Assembly: GCA_951406725.2 (NCBI GenBank)
Contig: OX597825.1
Coordinates: 88,660,001-88,724,000, forward strand
DNA: 64,000 nucleotides
Direction: 5' to 3'
Source of the DNA: Octopus vulgaris
Taxonomy: Eukaryota
The notes beneath the pieces were generated by a model. The model was not told the DNA's origin. It made no database searches and saw nothing but the letters and a program-made list of their open reading frames with translations. This document shows, one piece after another, positions 13,383 to 26,859 of this stretch. The position numbers and the translations under genes were made by a program. The number at the start of each line of letters is the position of its first letter. Positions within the stretch are counted from its first letter, which is position 1.

Positions 13383-13544
13383 ATTAGTGCTATTCCTTAA
13401 ACTGTCCGGTCACTTTAACCCTGCTTACGACTTAAGGCCTTATAATTAGTAAGAGAAGAAGTATGCCATTGAAATATCTCGCGAAATATCTGAAGGATTA
13501 ACGCATCGCATATCTCTCTCTCCTATCTTCCCCTCTCTCTGTAT

Positions 13545-13581
<37 letters not shown>

Positions 13582-14879
13582 GTAAGAGAAAGGAGAAAGA
13601 ATTTGAGAGAGATGGTAAGAAAGAGTGATGGAGAGAGGGGGAGATAGAATGAGGGGGAGAGAGTGAGAGATATAGAATGAGAGATGTGTAATTTTACGAG
13701 AGATAGCGATATCAGTGTTTGCTTATAACTCGATCATTTATGTTAAGGGGAAAACTAAAGAAATTGATAAATGTTTAACTGAGCGTCCGTGAAATTGACT
13801 TAACGTAGGGTTGACCTCGTTTAAAATGTTTATCTTCACGCATGCACATCGTTTGTGCAATGAAATATAGAAAAAGATGTAATACGAGAAATACTCTTGA
13901 ATAATTCGTCCAACGCCAGCAACTTTGAAGGGACGAAATTAATCGATTGTCTCAACCCAGTTCTTAACTCTCTTAACTCATATTTTCTGTTATTTTTGCT
14001 ATTTCAAATAGCTTTCGGTGAGTGTCTAAAGACTTCCTTGCATCGATAGGGATTTTTCGATCTTGACGATTTTAGTTGTTATTCCATCGACAATTTGAAC
14101 AGGATTTCCCATTTTTGTCGAAGATTTATTGTAGAGTCTGTAAATTGAAATATTTTGGAGGTCGCTTCTGAATCCTGTTTTACTTCAGAAGTATTTCCAT
14201 GTCGACTTCTCCTTCTTTTTCTCTGCAAACATAACTGTTGCTTTCAATGGCCTACTCGATTTCTGAGCCAGTAAGTTTTGAATGATGTAACACGGTACGT
14301 TCAAGAGATTTTTTACAACACCCCTCCCCAATTAGCCGTTGTTGCAGATTCCCGTTAGACGTTGCAGGTGGTTGAAGATACTGCTGATGTCTGCGAGGTG
14401 AAACAATACACGGTTCTGCTATGAAATCTTAATGCTCACCCCTATGCCAGTTCTGTTTTATGCATTTTGTCTCACTTTCAGTCGTTGTAAACATAGGGTC
14501 ATTACAAAGGGTGGAAACAGTTTGGAGTTCCTCTCAAAATCCGTGGGTAGAGTGTGTTGTTGCAGCAGGAAAGTTTCCGATCAAATCGTAGATCCTCACA
14601 TAGTCTGGCAGATCATTGGTTCCCTGCATGAGGATGTTCTCTGGTGCTTTAGTCTGACCTTCTGTCGAGGTTGTTTCGCATTGTCTGGTGTTATTCCCCA
14701 CTTTATATCCAGATGCACCTTGCCCAACCCACGTCTCGTGAACCAATATTTCCATTTCTACCCTCCATATTTAATTACTCTAATTGTTGTTGTGCAGAAG
14801 CTTTTACTTGGTAATATATTTCACGTTTAGTTAGACGTTTAGTTGGAAAAATCGCGATGAATCGCAGGAATCTTAGGAT

Positions 14880-15260
14880 TCTTGGAAAATACAGGATGGC
14901 CCTTTGCTATAAATTACCAATACGTAATTCAGTTCCAATATATTTGTTCAGGGTTTCTGGATATTGTTTCAATGACAAAACCAATCGCAATAACAACTTT
15001 TAGGATGGTGTCTTTCATATTTTGTATCTCTTGGGTTAACTCCTGATAGTTTTCAATATTTCTTATCTTACTGATATCCACTCTGCTGATATACAGGATT
15101 GCGATGTCTATAATCTCACACAGCTTGCAATGTTTGTCATTTAAATCATATCTATTAATCTCACTTCAATAGTATGACCTTTCTTTATAGAGTAATTCCA
15201 TAAAATGCTGGAAATATCATTAATCATGAGGACCCATGCCTCGTTTCCATAGCAACTGTT
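14880..15260 (-). mobile_element. Dong/R4-type restriction-like endonuclease relic
   Basis: IIDIAIL..SRVDI.KI.NIENYQEL..EI motif on the minus strand at ~15020-15115. Confidence 0.55.
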
Positions 15261-15549
15261 CGTCATTTCAAACCACAATGTTCCTTCACATCGTCATGCA
15301 ACCATATTATTATTTTGAAGAAAGTCAACTCTTAACAAAAGGTCAAAAGGCCTTAAACAGACCTTTGCAAGTAATACGTGTAGAACGAAAGGAAGCAGAT
15401 TTGGAAACATCGCATGGCGGTTTTGACGTCCAACCATTCAAGGTGGGGTGGGGGTGGGTTGTTTTTATTTACATGATACAGCAATAATGACTAGCGATGT
15501 TGTGTTGTTACATTGTGAATGAATTCAAAACAAAAAAACTCGCCGCCTC

Positions 15550-15550
15550 A

Positions 15551-15605
<55 letters not shown>

Positions 15606-15620
15606 TGAGGATAATAATAA
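15550..15620. repeat. (TAA)n microsatellite
   Basis: Trinucleotide run. Confidence 0.9.
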
Positions 15621-15739
15621 TTGAACAGCTGACACCGCAGTGCATCTCTAGCGTTAGAAGCTATGCAAAGACGTTAGAATAATAATAATAAAATACGGGT
15701 GGTTGTGTCATCTAAAATTCACCGACCTTCATCATGAGT

Positions 15740-15990
15740 TGTTGAAATGGGAAATAAAAGGGCTTTGAAAAACATTGAGAATATTGGAACTGCTGTCATG
15801 CTCGAACTGATCCAAAAGACGGCACTTTTGAGTACGGGTCGCATTCTAAGGAGAGTATTGTCTGTCTGAGTCACGTAAGAAGGCACTACTTGAAACCTTT
15901 GGTGAATTGTTGTTGCCTGCTTTCAAGTAAAGAATAACCAGTAATTAAGAACTCTCCGAGAGGCTTTCATAATTGAAATAATAATAATAT
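15740..15990 (+). mobile_element. Dong/R4 LINE 3' end terminating in (TAA)n
   Basis: LIQKTALLSTGRILRRVLSV* (to ~15869), short 3' UTR, then aataataataat. Confidence 0.7.
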
Positions 15991-16136
15991 GGCCCTGTAG
16001 TTATAACACCAACTTGAACTTCTAACTTGTGTCTTTTGAAGTTTTGGGATGAGACTTGGAGTCAACTTGTACAAATACAACACAAAAGCCAAACATATAA
16101 CAATAAGAATAATATTAATAACAACAACAATAATAG

Positions 16137-16684
16137 ATGTAGTGCTAGATAGTGGCTTTCATGGCTTCTAATCTTAACTGACTGGAAGTGTTATCATGTA
16201 CATTGTTTTGTCTTGGTGTAAAAGATGGGCTACAGCAAATATTCTGCTCAAATCCACAGATTTGCTTGTCACTTGTTTAACCTTAACCAGTTGAACATGT
16301 CCCTTAGTGGCTGACGATGTGCATCTCTGATCACGATCAAAAGTAATGTGGGAGCATCATAGCCATGTGTTGAGAAGAATTGTTTGGGTTTTGGATAATT
16401 CACCTTAGGAAATACGGGTGTTTTGTTCATCATCCTTAAACAACCCTTATTCAGAACCTTTTGAGCGGGATAGGCTACTAAATCTGATGAAAATTCTAAC
16501 TGGGCCTCACCTGCAAGGTCATGCGCTGTTTATCTCGATATAAGATCACCATGTCGCGCGCATATGGTTGTGATGTATGTGCCTGGTGTACCCTTATCAG
16601 TTATAATGGGTATACTAAGCTTCGTATATTTTACCACAGTGTCACTTTGATGGCATGCAATGCTCTCTCACTCACTCAATAATA
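16137..16684. repeat. ~545 bp interspersed repeat flanked by TAA runs (copy 1)
   Basis: Colinear with 54795-55352. Confidence 0.9.
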
Positions 16685-17224
16685 ACAAAAAATAGAAGAT
16701 GACGATGACGACGACGACGATGATGATGATGATGATGTTTCACAGAAATTGTGTTGTATCTCGCTTTAAGTTTTCTTCATATCAAACAACAATGCGAGAT
16801 GTCGAACGAAATACAATTTATACCATTTGTTTCAAAGTTTTTCCTACTCTCTACATCTCTGTTCTTAATTTGTTTTGAAGATTTATTGAGTAATTCTTGT
16901 CGAATCTGATAAATTGTTATGCAAGTTCCCAAGTTACCTTCCAATTTTACAAGATTTATTCTTTGATTATTTTTGTATCACCAAAATTTATAATCGGCAG
17001 TGTGTTAAATTTTTTGTTCCACTGCTACAAAGTTTCAAACTTCAAGTCGAAAAACCAATGAAACAAGTTTCGCATTCATACTCTGTCGTTAAATCATCAG
17101 GCCAATCCAATTTCAAGACGTACTCACTCTTCCCATCAGTGAATGCATTGGGCGCTCTGTTGTGCTGTATATTCTTTCAGTTCATAGAGAGACGCCCCAC
17201 AGCAAATTACTTCAGTCATTTCTG

Positions 17225-17370
17225 AGAATATTTCTATTCTCGCAAAATTAGATTTTAAAGCTATTTCCTCTATCCATCTGTTCAAGTCTTTAGGGATAGT
17301 TCCGAATGCACTTATAACTAAAGGGATACATTTTACCCGTATTTTGCAAATCGTCTGTATCTCAGTGCAT
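17225..17370 (-). mobile_element. Dong/R4 C-terminal fragment abutting (TAA)n
   Basis: EIQTICKIRVKCIPLVISAFGTIPKDLNRWIEEI resembles the VIPIVIGALGTIPK motif. Confidence 0.6.
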
Positions 17371-17421
17371 ATTATTATTATTATTATTATAATTATTATT
17401 ATTATTATTATTATTATTATT

Positions 17422-18734
17422 GATGTCCCTGAAAGGTCGGTCATATTTGGTGACTGCTTACATCGGCTCCCTTATCATTTATCGCCCGATCGCCGTGCCT
17501 AGTCCCGGTTTCCGTTTGGCCAGGCTGAAGCGTTTTTTATTTAAATTCTTATGGAAGGGACCCATTGCAATGGTCACGCGATCAGTCTGTTGCCAGCGTC
17601 CTCCGAGTGGCTCATTGGGTATGCCGTGGCTCCAAATACGCAAACACGCTCTAAGGTTACGCCACTTGCAACAATTTCGGGACAACGAGCGTGTATGGGC
17701 TCCGTTTGTGGGGCTAGTCTTTCCGCAACTCGTTTCTTTGACGGAGCTGCAGTCCTGGGTGAAGAAAATACCAGGACTGAGCATCCATCACCTAGAATCT
17801 CGTCCGACACTCACAGGCCTCTGCCAGTCCAGCAATAGGATCAGTGGAGGTTCCGATTTAGATATCTACAGAGGATTAGTGGCGGGGAGTGCGGCGACGT
17901 TCGCAGAAAGACTCTGGGCGTCGACGAGAACGAACTGGCTTGTCTGTTGGAGAGGACTTTGCGGTCGGGAACTATCATGGATAATTTTCAGATGTCCATG
18001 GTCTGGCACTGGTACCGGTTCGAGATAAACTCTAGAGGCACGGATGTGCTGTCAGGCTGGCTTGTCTGAGGTGCGCAGAGAATGACGAAACCATTCCGCA
18101 CGCCCTCGTTCAGTGTCCGGGTATTGCTGACTTGTGGTGTCACGAATAGGACGGATCGGAGTCTGTAGCGAGGATCGCAACACCACCCTCTTTCAATCGG
18201 GGTAGGCAAGGCAGTTTTCCTTTGCTTTGTTGTTGAGGGGAAAGAGGTTGTTTGGTTTACAAAGCTGAAAGCCAGGAGAACAGACACATTCCTCTTTGGA
18301 AGAACTCTCATTAACATCTCCAAGGGAAACTCGAAAAGAAAAGTGAGAATGGAGAGAGAAGCGCTGTCCTAGAGTGAGTTTATAGAAAGGTGGGTGAAAG
18401 TTGCGAAAATGGCAAGAGTGGATGGCACCTCTCTACATGTAGACCTGTAAGTCGGAGAGAAGGAAGTGGAGGTGGCTCTTGTTCTTGATATTCATTGAAA
18501 TCTCGGACAGGAGGGTTCCTCGATTATAACTAGAGGTCATTCTGTATTGGGGGGGGGCTACAATTCTATCATCCCCACATTTTTTAAACCATTGTAGACT
18601 ATGCAAATGTCCTTTCCTTTTCATTGTATACCCAAGTTATTTTATATTTTATCATTTCATATGTAAACCACCACACTTAATGCCTCCGTTTGTATTGTTC
18701 CCCTCATACTTTGCCTTCGTGGAAAATAAATGAA

Positions 18735-18735
<1 letters not shown>
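17422..18735 (+). mobile_element. Tx1/L1-clade LINE 3' portion inserted in a (TTA)n array
   Basis: LFKFLWKG...GSLGMPWL and zinc knuckle CLRC...ETIPHALVQCP (~18063-18120); AATAAA at ~18725; (TTA)n at 17371-17421 and 18735-18791. Confidence 0.8.
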
Positions 18736-18792
<57 letters not shown>

Positions 18793-18794
<2 letters not shown>

Positions 18795-19003
18795 CTGCTT
18801 GAAGAATCGTTAGCATGCTGGAGAAAATGTTTAGCAGCATTTCGTTCGTCCGTCTCTACGTTCTGAGTTCAAATGCCACCTAGGTTGACTTTGCCTTTCA
18901 GCCTTTCGTGGTGGATAAAATATGTACCAGCTTAGTACTGGAGTCGATGTAATTGATTTATTCCATCCTCCGAACTCACTTGCTTCAAGACAAAATTTGA
19001 AAT
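18793..19003 (+). mobile_element. SINE with Nin/Deu-like central domain
   Basis: B-box-like GAGTTCAAATGCC followed by GACTTTGCCTTTCA.CCTTTCG..G..GATAAAA...GTACCAG; homologous to 53570-53782. Confidence 0.7.
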
Positions 19004-19064
<61 letters not shown>

Positions 19065-19274
19065 TATTATATTAGGGAATAAATCCAAACTTACAGGGAA
19101 AAATCAGATTTAGGATTGAATCCAATTTTATAGTAAAATATTATATTATATTAAATTAGAGACAAAACCACTATTAGGCAAATCATACAATGAAAAACTT
19201 AAGCCAATACATAAGATTATTTCATTTATATTATTTAAATATATAACAAAATTATAAAAAAATATAATTAATAT

Positions 19275-19342
19275 ATCACTACGATCGTTTCATGGCTGTT
19301 AATTTCTTTAAATTTTCATGTCACAGTCATTCATCAGGTGGT
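19275..19342 (-). ncRNA. Type I hammerhead ribozyme (mirror copy)
   Basis: Reverse complement of the 19410-19477 motif with an intact core. Confidence 0.75.
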
Positions 19343-19409
19343 TTAAATATTTCTCTTGGCGAGGTTTAAACAATTAACTTGTTTAAACCTCGCCAAGAGA
19401 TATATTTAA

Positions 19410-19477
19410 ACCACCTGATGAATGACTGTGACATGAAAATTTAAAGAAATTAGCAGCCATGAAACGATCGTAGTGAT
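19410..19477 (+). ncRNA. Type I minimal hammerhead ribozyme
   Basis: ACCAC-CTGATGA-ATGACTG[loop]CAGCCAT-GAAAC-GATC-GTA-GTGAT: intact core, stem II, short stem III with palindromic loop, stem I. Confidence 0.75.
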
Positions 19478-19944
19478 ATATTAATTATATTTTTTAATAA
19501 TTTTGTTATTTTTTAATAATTTTGTTATATATTTAAATAATATAAATTAAATAATCTTATGTATTGGCTTAAGTTTTTCATTGTATGATTTGCCTAATAG
19601 TGGCTTTGTCTCTAATTTAATATAATATATATACATACGAATATATATTTTTCTGTATACGTTCCTAGATGCGCGGCCACTGAACATATTCCTACACGTA
19701 TACAGGAATATACAATGCGTATGCTCGGTGAGACGGTGGTGATCATAAGTCAAACTCGGCTGGCAATAATAATAAAATCCGACATCTACATTGTTAATAA
19801 GCATTCTATGTCACTGATGTGTATTCAATGAACAGAATAATTTCATTGTTATAAACATGCTAGACATTATAAGCAATATATAATTCAAATCATTAAGTTG
19901 CAGAATAACGTATGTATGTATGTGTGTATGTATGTATGTATGTA

Positions 19945-20001
<57 letters not shown>

Positions 20002-20769
20002 TCTTCCGCTCTTTGTTAAAATGTAATACCTCTTTCAGGGACACATACTACCGTAGACTAAACTGAAGCATACAAAAGATGGATAGATTTATCTAAATTC
20101 AATATTTCTGCTAATATAAATGCTGAAGGATATAGTTTTGTCTTATATAATGGATCCATTTACCATTCTCATCGATATTCTGTTTAGTTAAAATAAGTCA
20201 TACATTAACACACACACACAACTAGATATGGCAATATATATGCATATGGGTGCTCATGTACACACATATATAAATAGAAAAAGCACACACACATGCACAC
20301 ACATACACATTCAAACGCCAGTACGCACACACACATACACACACACATACGTATCTAAATGCTCAGATATTCGATGAGGATATCGTACAATTGCGGCAGC
20401 GAGTTATCGAATGTGTTTCATACATTTTCGTGTATTCGCACTTAATTAACTCAACATTGAACTTTCTTGCATAATGTGCATATTTATATTCCAAAGTCGA
20501 CGAATATACGAAACACGTGCGAAAATTAGTCTTGCTTGTATCATATATAAATACATATTCCTTACTCCTCTTAAGTGTAGGTCAACTTCCTTAACCGACC
20601 AAAGATAATTCTTTTATAGACGTCTTTTTTAGCTTCACACTATCTAGCTCTGAGACGAGTGCAACGTAAGATTGCGATCTCTACGAGCAATAACTGTTGG
20701 CTATTTATGCCATGCTTACATAAACATTTCAACACAACTTCTTTCTTTCTCTAACTTTACATTTATTTA

Positions 20770-20830
20770 TTTATATATATACATATATATATATACATAT
20801 ATATACATATATATATATACATATATATAC

Positions 20831-20869
<39 letters not shown>

Positions 20870-21106
20870 CATACATATATATATAAATATACATATATAT
20901 ATATATACATACATATATATATATACATATTTACATATATATATATACATATATGTATACATACATATATATATACATATATATATATACATATATATAC
21001 ATATATATATATATATACATATATATACATATATATATACATATATATATATACATATGTATATATACATATATATACATATATATATATATACATATAT
21101 ATATAC

Positions 21107-21153
<47 letters not shown>

Positions 21154-21378
21154 TATACATACATATATATATACATATATATATACATACTTATATATAT
21201 ATATATAGATATATATATACATATATATATATACATGCATATATATATATACATATATACATATACATATATATATATATATATATACATACATATATAT
21301 ATATACATATATATATACATATATATATACATACATATATATACATATACATATATACATATACATATATATACCTAC

Positions 21379-21411
<33 letters not shown>

Positions 21412-21432
21412 CATACATATATATATATACAT
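20770..21432. repeat. Long compound (TA)n/(TACA) array
   Basis: Directly visible. Confidence 0.95.
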
Positions 21433-21436
21433 AAAA

Positions 21437-21581
21437 ATAAGAATAACTTAGAAAGGTTTTGGCCAGTATTGGCCCAGGCCATGTCTAACTTAATAGCACC
21501 ACCTGGCGAAGTCTTTCAGTTCAGGATTTGGGCACCAAGGCCCATTCGAGCAGAGAGTTATTGTTTGCGGAGACATATCTG
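21437..21581 (-). mobile_element. CR1-group LINE family B, 3'-terminal ~145 bp
   Basis: Near-identical to 23197-23341; tail abuts TA array. Confidence 0.9.
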
Positions 21582-21725
21582 TGTCAAAGATTTCAAAACT
21601 TGTGATATTTTTTTTGTTGCCAGCTTATTTTTGGTTCAGTAGTAGCAATGACGAAATGTATCTAACAAATATAGCCATTTATACATATTTCTATATATAG
21701 ATCTATCTATGTAAGCATACAACTA

Positions 21726-21782
<57 letters not shown>

Positions 21783-21875
21783 TAACATGGATGCGGATAT
21801 AGCAGAAATGTAAGTCAAAGACAGTTCAATTTAAGAGGGAATTTAATGAAAATGATTTAAAAAATCATATAAAGA

Positions 21876-21917
21876 AAATATTACCGGTTTCGATGTATCT
21901 CATCTTATCAAATATTT
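21876..21917 (-). ncRNA. Decayed minimal hammerhead
   Basis: AAATAT-ttgataa-GATG agata CATC-GAAA CCGG TA-ATATTT; stems perfect, core has two substitutions. Confidence 0.5.
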
Positions 21918-22054
21918 GTGTATATGTCTATGTGTGTGTGTGTGAGGGGGGGGGCTTTCCGCAGTAGATCTTGAAGTGGTAAAGTATTCAAGAAACTTTT
22001 CTTTCCTCAGCGATTTCTTTGTAGATTGAAGTCTGTGACAATAGTTGAAGTATT

Positions 22055-22080
22055 ATGTATATATATGTATTTATACGTAT

Positions 22081-22118
<38 letters not shown>

Positions 22119-22400
22119 ATATATGTATATATATATATATATGTATATATAAGTATATATATATATGTATATATATATATTTATGTATATATATGTATAC
22201 ATATATATATGTATATATATATATGTATATATATATATGTATATATATATATGTATATAATATATATATATATAAATATATATGTATATATATATGTATA
22301 TATATATATGTATATATATATATATAAGTACATATATATAGTATATATATATATATATAGTACATATATATATGTATATATATATATATGTATGTATATA

Positions 22401-22486
<86 letters not shown>

Positions 22487-22605
22487 TATATATATGTATA
22501 TATATATATACATATATATATGTATATATGTATGTATATATATATGTATATATATATATATGTATGTATATATATATGTATATATATTATATATATATAT
22601 ATGTG

Positions 22606-22637
<32 letters not shown>

Positions 22638-22796
22638 TATAATATGTATATATATATGTATGTATATATATATGTATATATATATGTATACATATATATA
22701 TGTATATATATATATATATGTATGTATATATATAAGTATATATATATATATGTATGTATATATATGTATATATATATATGTATGTATATATATATG

Positions 22797-22838
<42 letters not shown>

Positions 22839-22848
22839 TGTATATATA
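22055..22848. repeat. Long compound (TA)n/(TATG) array
   Basis: Directly visible. Confidence 0.95.
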
Positions 22849-23049
22849 TGGGATTGCACCTAGAAAGTTACCCTCCTAGTCACAAGTCTGGGCAAGGTGG
22901 TTTTATGGAAGACCAGCAGTCGCCCATGCATACCAGCCTCCCCTCTCCACACCACCAGTGTTATCCAAGGGAAAGACAAAGGTCGATACAGCTTGGCACC
23001 AGTGACGTGGCAACTCATTTCTACAGCTGAGTGAACTGGAGCAACGTGA
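22848..23049 (-). mobile_element. Internal piece of the 9614-9962 SINE family
   Basis: Near-identical to 9653-9852; both ends fall in TA arrays. Confidence 0.9.
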
Positions 23050-23080
23050 TGTATGTATATATATGTATGTATATATATGT

Positions 23081-23120
<40 letters not shown>

Positions 23121-23137
23121 TTATATATGTATGTATA

Positions 23138-23178
<41 letters not shown>

Positions 23179-23192
23179 ATATATATGTATAT

Positions 23193-25129
23193 ATAACTTA
23201 GAATAACTTAGAAAGGTTTTGGCCAGTATTGGCCCAGGCCATGTCTAACTTAATAGCACCACCTGGCGAAGTCTTTCAGTTTAGTATTTGGGCACCAAGG
23301 CCCAATCGAGCAGAGAGTTATTGTTTGTGGAGATATATCCGGGTGTGGGTTGTTCGTCCGGTACTGTTTGAAGGAATTTGTCCAAAGACGTCTTGAATTT
23401 TGTGTGGTCAGTTTCTTTTTTGACGTGTCCTGGTGTAATGTTGAAGAGAGCGGGTCCAATTGAGGTGAAATAGTTGTGCCGTATTGTCGTTATGTGATGC
23501 GATTTAGATTTTTGTTGTGGACGGATGGCACGTGGTCCAAGCTTGGATGCATTTTGAAGGTGATGCCAACATCATTCGGACAGTGCTGATGGAATATTTT
23601 CCACATCATACAGATAATGTAGCGTTCACGGCGTCGTTGGAGTGAATACAATTTCAGCTTCTCTAGTCTACCCCAGTAGCCAAGGTCTGACATGCCATCT
23701 ATCTTTTTTGTGATTGACATTTGGGGAGCTTCAATTCTCATAATATTTTGTTTTGTGTAGGGAGACCACAGTGGACAGCAGTATTCAAGGTGGGGTCGGG
23801 CAAAAGTGGAGAAGAGAAGGATAATATCGTGGGAATCTCTCGACTGGAAGGTTCTGAGAATCCAGGAACACATTCTGCGGGCCATGTCAACTTTGCTGCT
23901 TATATGTGTAGCCCAGCTTATGTTGTTGTCCACTGTTACTCCCAGGTCTCTGATGTTGTTGGATGCCATGAGAATTTCTCCAGAAGGAAGAGAGTATGGG
24001 AGTTTCAGAGCGTCCTCCCTTCCAAAGTGGAACAGTTCGAATTTGTCTTCATTTAGCAACATGTTATTCTTTTCCGCCTATTGGACAACAGCCAGTAGGT
24101 CTGACTGAAGGTTTATTCGGTCATCCACGCCATTGATGACCTTCTGGAGCTTGGAATCAACAGCGAAGGTTCTGATGTTACTGTGTTTGATGGTGTCAGT
24201 AATATCATTTATGTAGATGATGAAGAGAAGTGGGCTCAACACAGTGCCTTTTGGGACACCACTGCTGACTTTGGCTGGGCTGGATTTGACTCCTTCGACT
24301 ACAACATGTTGGGTTCTGTTAGACAGGAAGCACTTGATCCACTGCAGCAGCTTTCCAGTGACACCAATATTGGACAGCTTTCTCAGAAGGATCTTATGAT
24401 CAACCCTGTCAAAGGCCTTGCTGAAATCAAGGTAGATGACATCAGTGTTGGAACCTTCTCCCAAGGCTCTCAAAACGTCATCAAAATGATGCAGTAGCTG
24501 CGTCAGGCAATCTCTCCCATTACGGAGTCCATGCTGGTTGGGGTTCAGCATATTATGACTCTCAAGGAAGTGAGTCATACGCGATCTCAGCACCCTCTCA
24601 AATACATTGATGATATGAGAGGTGAGTGAGATTGAACGGTAATTCACAGCAAGCGATTTGTTTCCTTTTTTGAAAACTGGGACAACAGACTGGGATAGAA
24701 GGTCTTCTGGTATATATCCAGCATCCAGTGAGTTCCGCCACAGATTCGCTAGAGGGGGTGCAAGTTGGTTTTGACACATCTTCAAGACACAAGCAGGGAA
24801 CCTATCGGGACCTACTGCTGAATTATGCTTCATTTCCTTTATTGCTGCTAAGACATCAGGAGCGCCAAATGTTATGTCCGATAAAGTGTATTGGGGAGTA
24901 ACATCACTGATACAGCCCAGATCAGTCATGTCAGGATTGCTGAAAACAGAGCAATATTGTTTCTGCAATATCTCTCCCATGGTTTTGGCATTGTCTTGAA
25001 GAGTACCATTTTCATCAATCAGAGGGCCAACAGTAGAACCAGTGACTCTGTGTTTTTTTGCAAATGAAAAGAACACTTTGGGATTGAGTTTGATCTTCTC
25101 AATGGCCCAGGCCACTTCAGCTCTTCGCT

Positions 25130-25132
<3 letters not shown>
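23193..25132 (-). mobile_element. CR1-group LINE family B, 5'-truncated RT with stop/frameshift
   Basis: [32 protein letters not shown] (mutated FADD), [11 protein letters not shown]; tail (TTCTAAGTTA)x2; TA arrays both sides. Confidence 0.93.
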
Positions 25133-25166
<34 letters not shown>

Positions 25167-25397
25167 TACATGCATATATATATATATACATATATATATG
25201 TATATATATATACATACATATATATACATATATATATACATACATATATATACATATATATACATATATATATACATACATATACATATATATATACATA
25301 CATATATATATACATACATATATATAAATATATATACATATATATATACATACATATATATAAATATATATACATATATATATACATAGATATATAT

Positions 25398-25430
<33 letters not shown>

Positions 25431-25650
25431 CCCCTACTCCCCTTCCCTTCTTCCCTCTTTCTCCCTCCCTCTTCCCCTTCCCTCTGCTCCCTCACTCCCT
25501 CTCTCCCCTTCTCTCTCCCCCTCTCCCTCTTTCCTCCTTCATCCCCCTCATCCCCTTCCTTCTCCCCATCCTCTCCTCTCCCCCTTCTCATCCCCCTCTT
25601 CTTCCCCTCCCCTTCTCTCCCCCTCTTCTCCCCCTCCCCCTCTTCTCCTC
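25431..25650. repeat. Polypyrimidine/polypurine tract
   Basis: Almost purely C/T on the plus strand. Confidence 0.9.
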
Positions 25651-25699
25651 ACTACACCACATGACTTTACACATCACATCACATATGATGTGCCATACT

Positions 25700-26030
25700 A
25701 ATACACACACCAACTAATACATACTAATACGTACTAATACATACTAGTACATACTAATACTTACACCAACCCTATACATACACACGTCCAGACCCGCATA
25801 CGCACTTATATACTCTCTCACACACACACACAGACACCTATACATACCAATACGTACTAATACATACTAATACATACTAATACATACACCAACCCCATAC
25901 ATACGCACGTCCAGACCAATCTTACGCACTAATACTCTCTCATACACACACACACACACACACATCCTTATACATACTAATACATACACCAACCCTATAC
26001 ATACACACATCCAGACCCCTCCCACGCACT
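25700..26030. repeat. Three imperfect ~110-120 bp tandem units
   Basis: atactaatac...acaccaaccctatacatacacacgtccagacc recurs at ~25750, ~25875, ~25975. Confidence 0.8.
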
Positions 26031-26202
26031 TTTAGCTGGTCCCTCAACCCTTTTATCAACCCTATTATCTCCCCTTATTTCGCTCTCGCGTCTCATGTTT
26101 GATCTTTGACCTCTGGCCGAAATCAGATCGCCATGTTGATTCGTTAGCTACTGCACGCATTTTTTTTCTCTCCTCCTTTCTGTGTTTTTCTCTCTCTGTG
26201 TA

Positions 26203-26240
26203 TCTTTCTGTTGAAGAGCGTAGGCTCGAAACGTTAAAGA
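26203..26240 (+). ncRNA. Minimal hammerhead-like motif, dispersed family
   Basis: TCTTT-CTGTTGA-A-GAGC gtag GCTC-GAAACGTT-AAAGA; one core deviation. Confidence 0.55.
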
Positions 26241-26369
26241 CTTGTTTTATTTATATTTCCTGAGCGCCATACTAATACAATTGTTCGTTTGTTTTCCACC
26301 TGCCTTCGTCTTTTGTTTATTTTCATAAAGCCTCCCGTTATATATATACATATATGTATATATATATAG

Positions 26370-26402
<33 letters not shown>

Positions 26403-26568
26403 CATACATATATATATATACATACATATATATATATACATATATATATATACATACATATATACATACATACATATATACATACATATATATATACATA
26501 CATATATATATATATACATATATATATACATACATATATATATACATACATATATATATACATACATA

Positions 26569-26608
<40 letters not shown>

Positions 26609-26669
26609 CATACATATATATATATACATACATATATATATACATACATATATATATATACATATATAT

Positions 26670-26700
<31 letters not shown>

Positions 26701-26739
26701 CATACATACATATATATATATATACCTATATATATATAC

Positions 26740-26855
<116 letters not shown>

Positions 26856-26859
26856 GTAT

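Larger units (their letters stand above)
19068..19628. mobile_element. Penelope-type terminal repeat in inverted arrangement (~230 bp arms, 5 nt spacer)
   Basis: 19142-19373 is the reverse complement of 19379-19628 (small duplication in right arm); each arm holds a hammerhead. Confidence 0.75.

Noticed and set aside
25700-26030. Repeat-spacer-like periodicity
   Set aside because: Imperfect tandem units without unique spacers in eukaryotic DNA; not CRISPR-like
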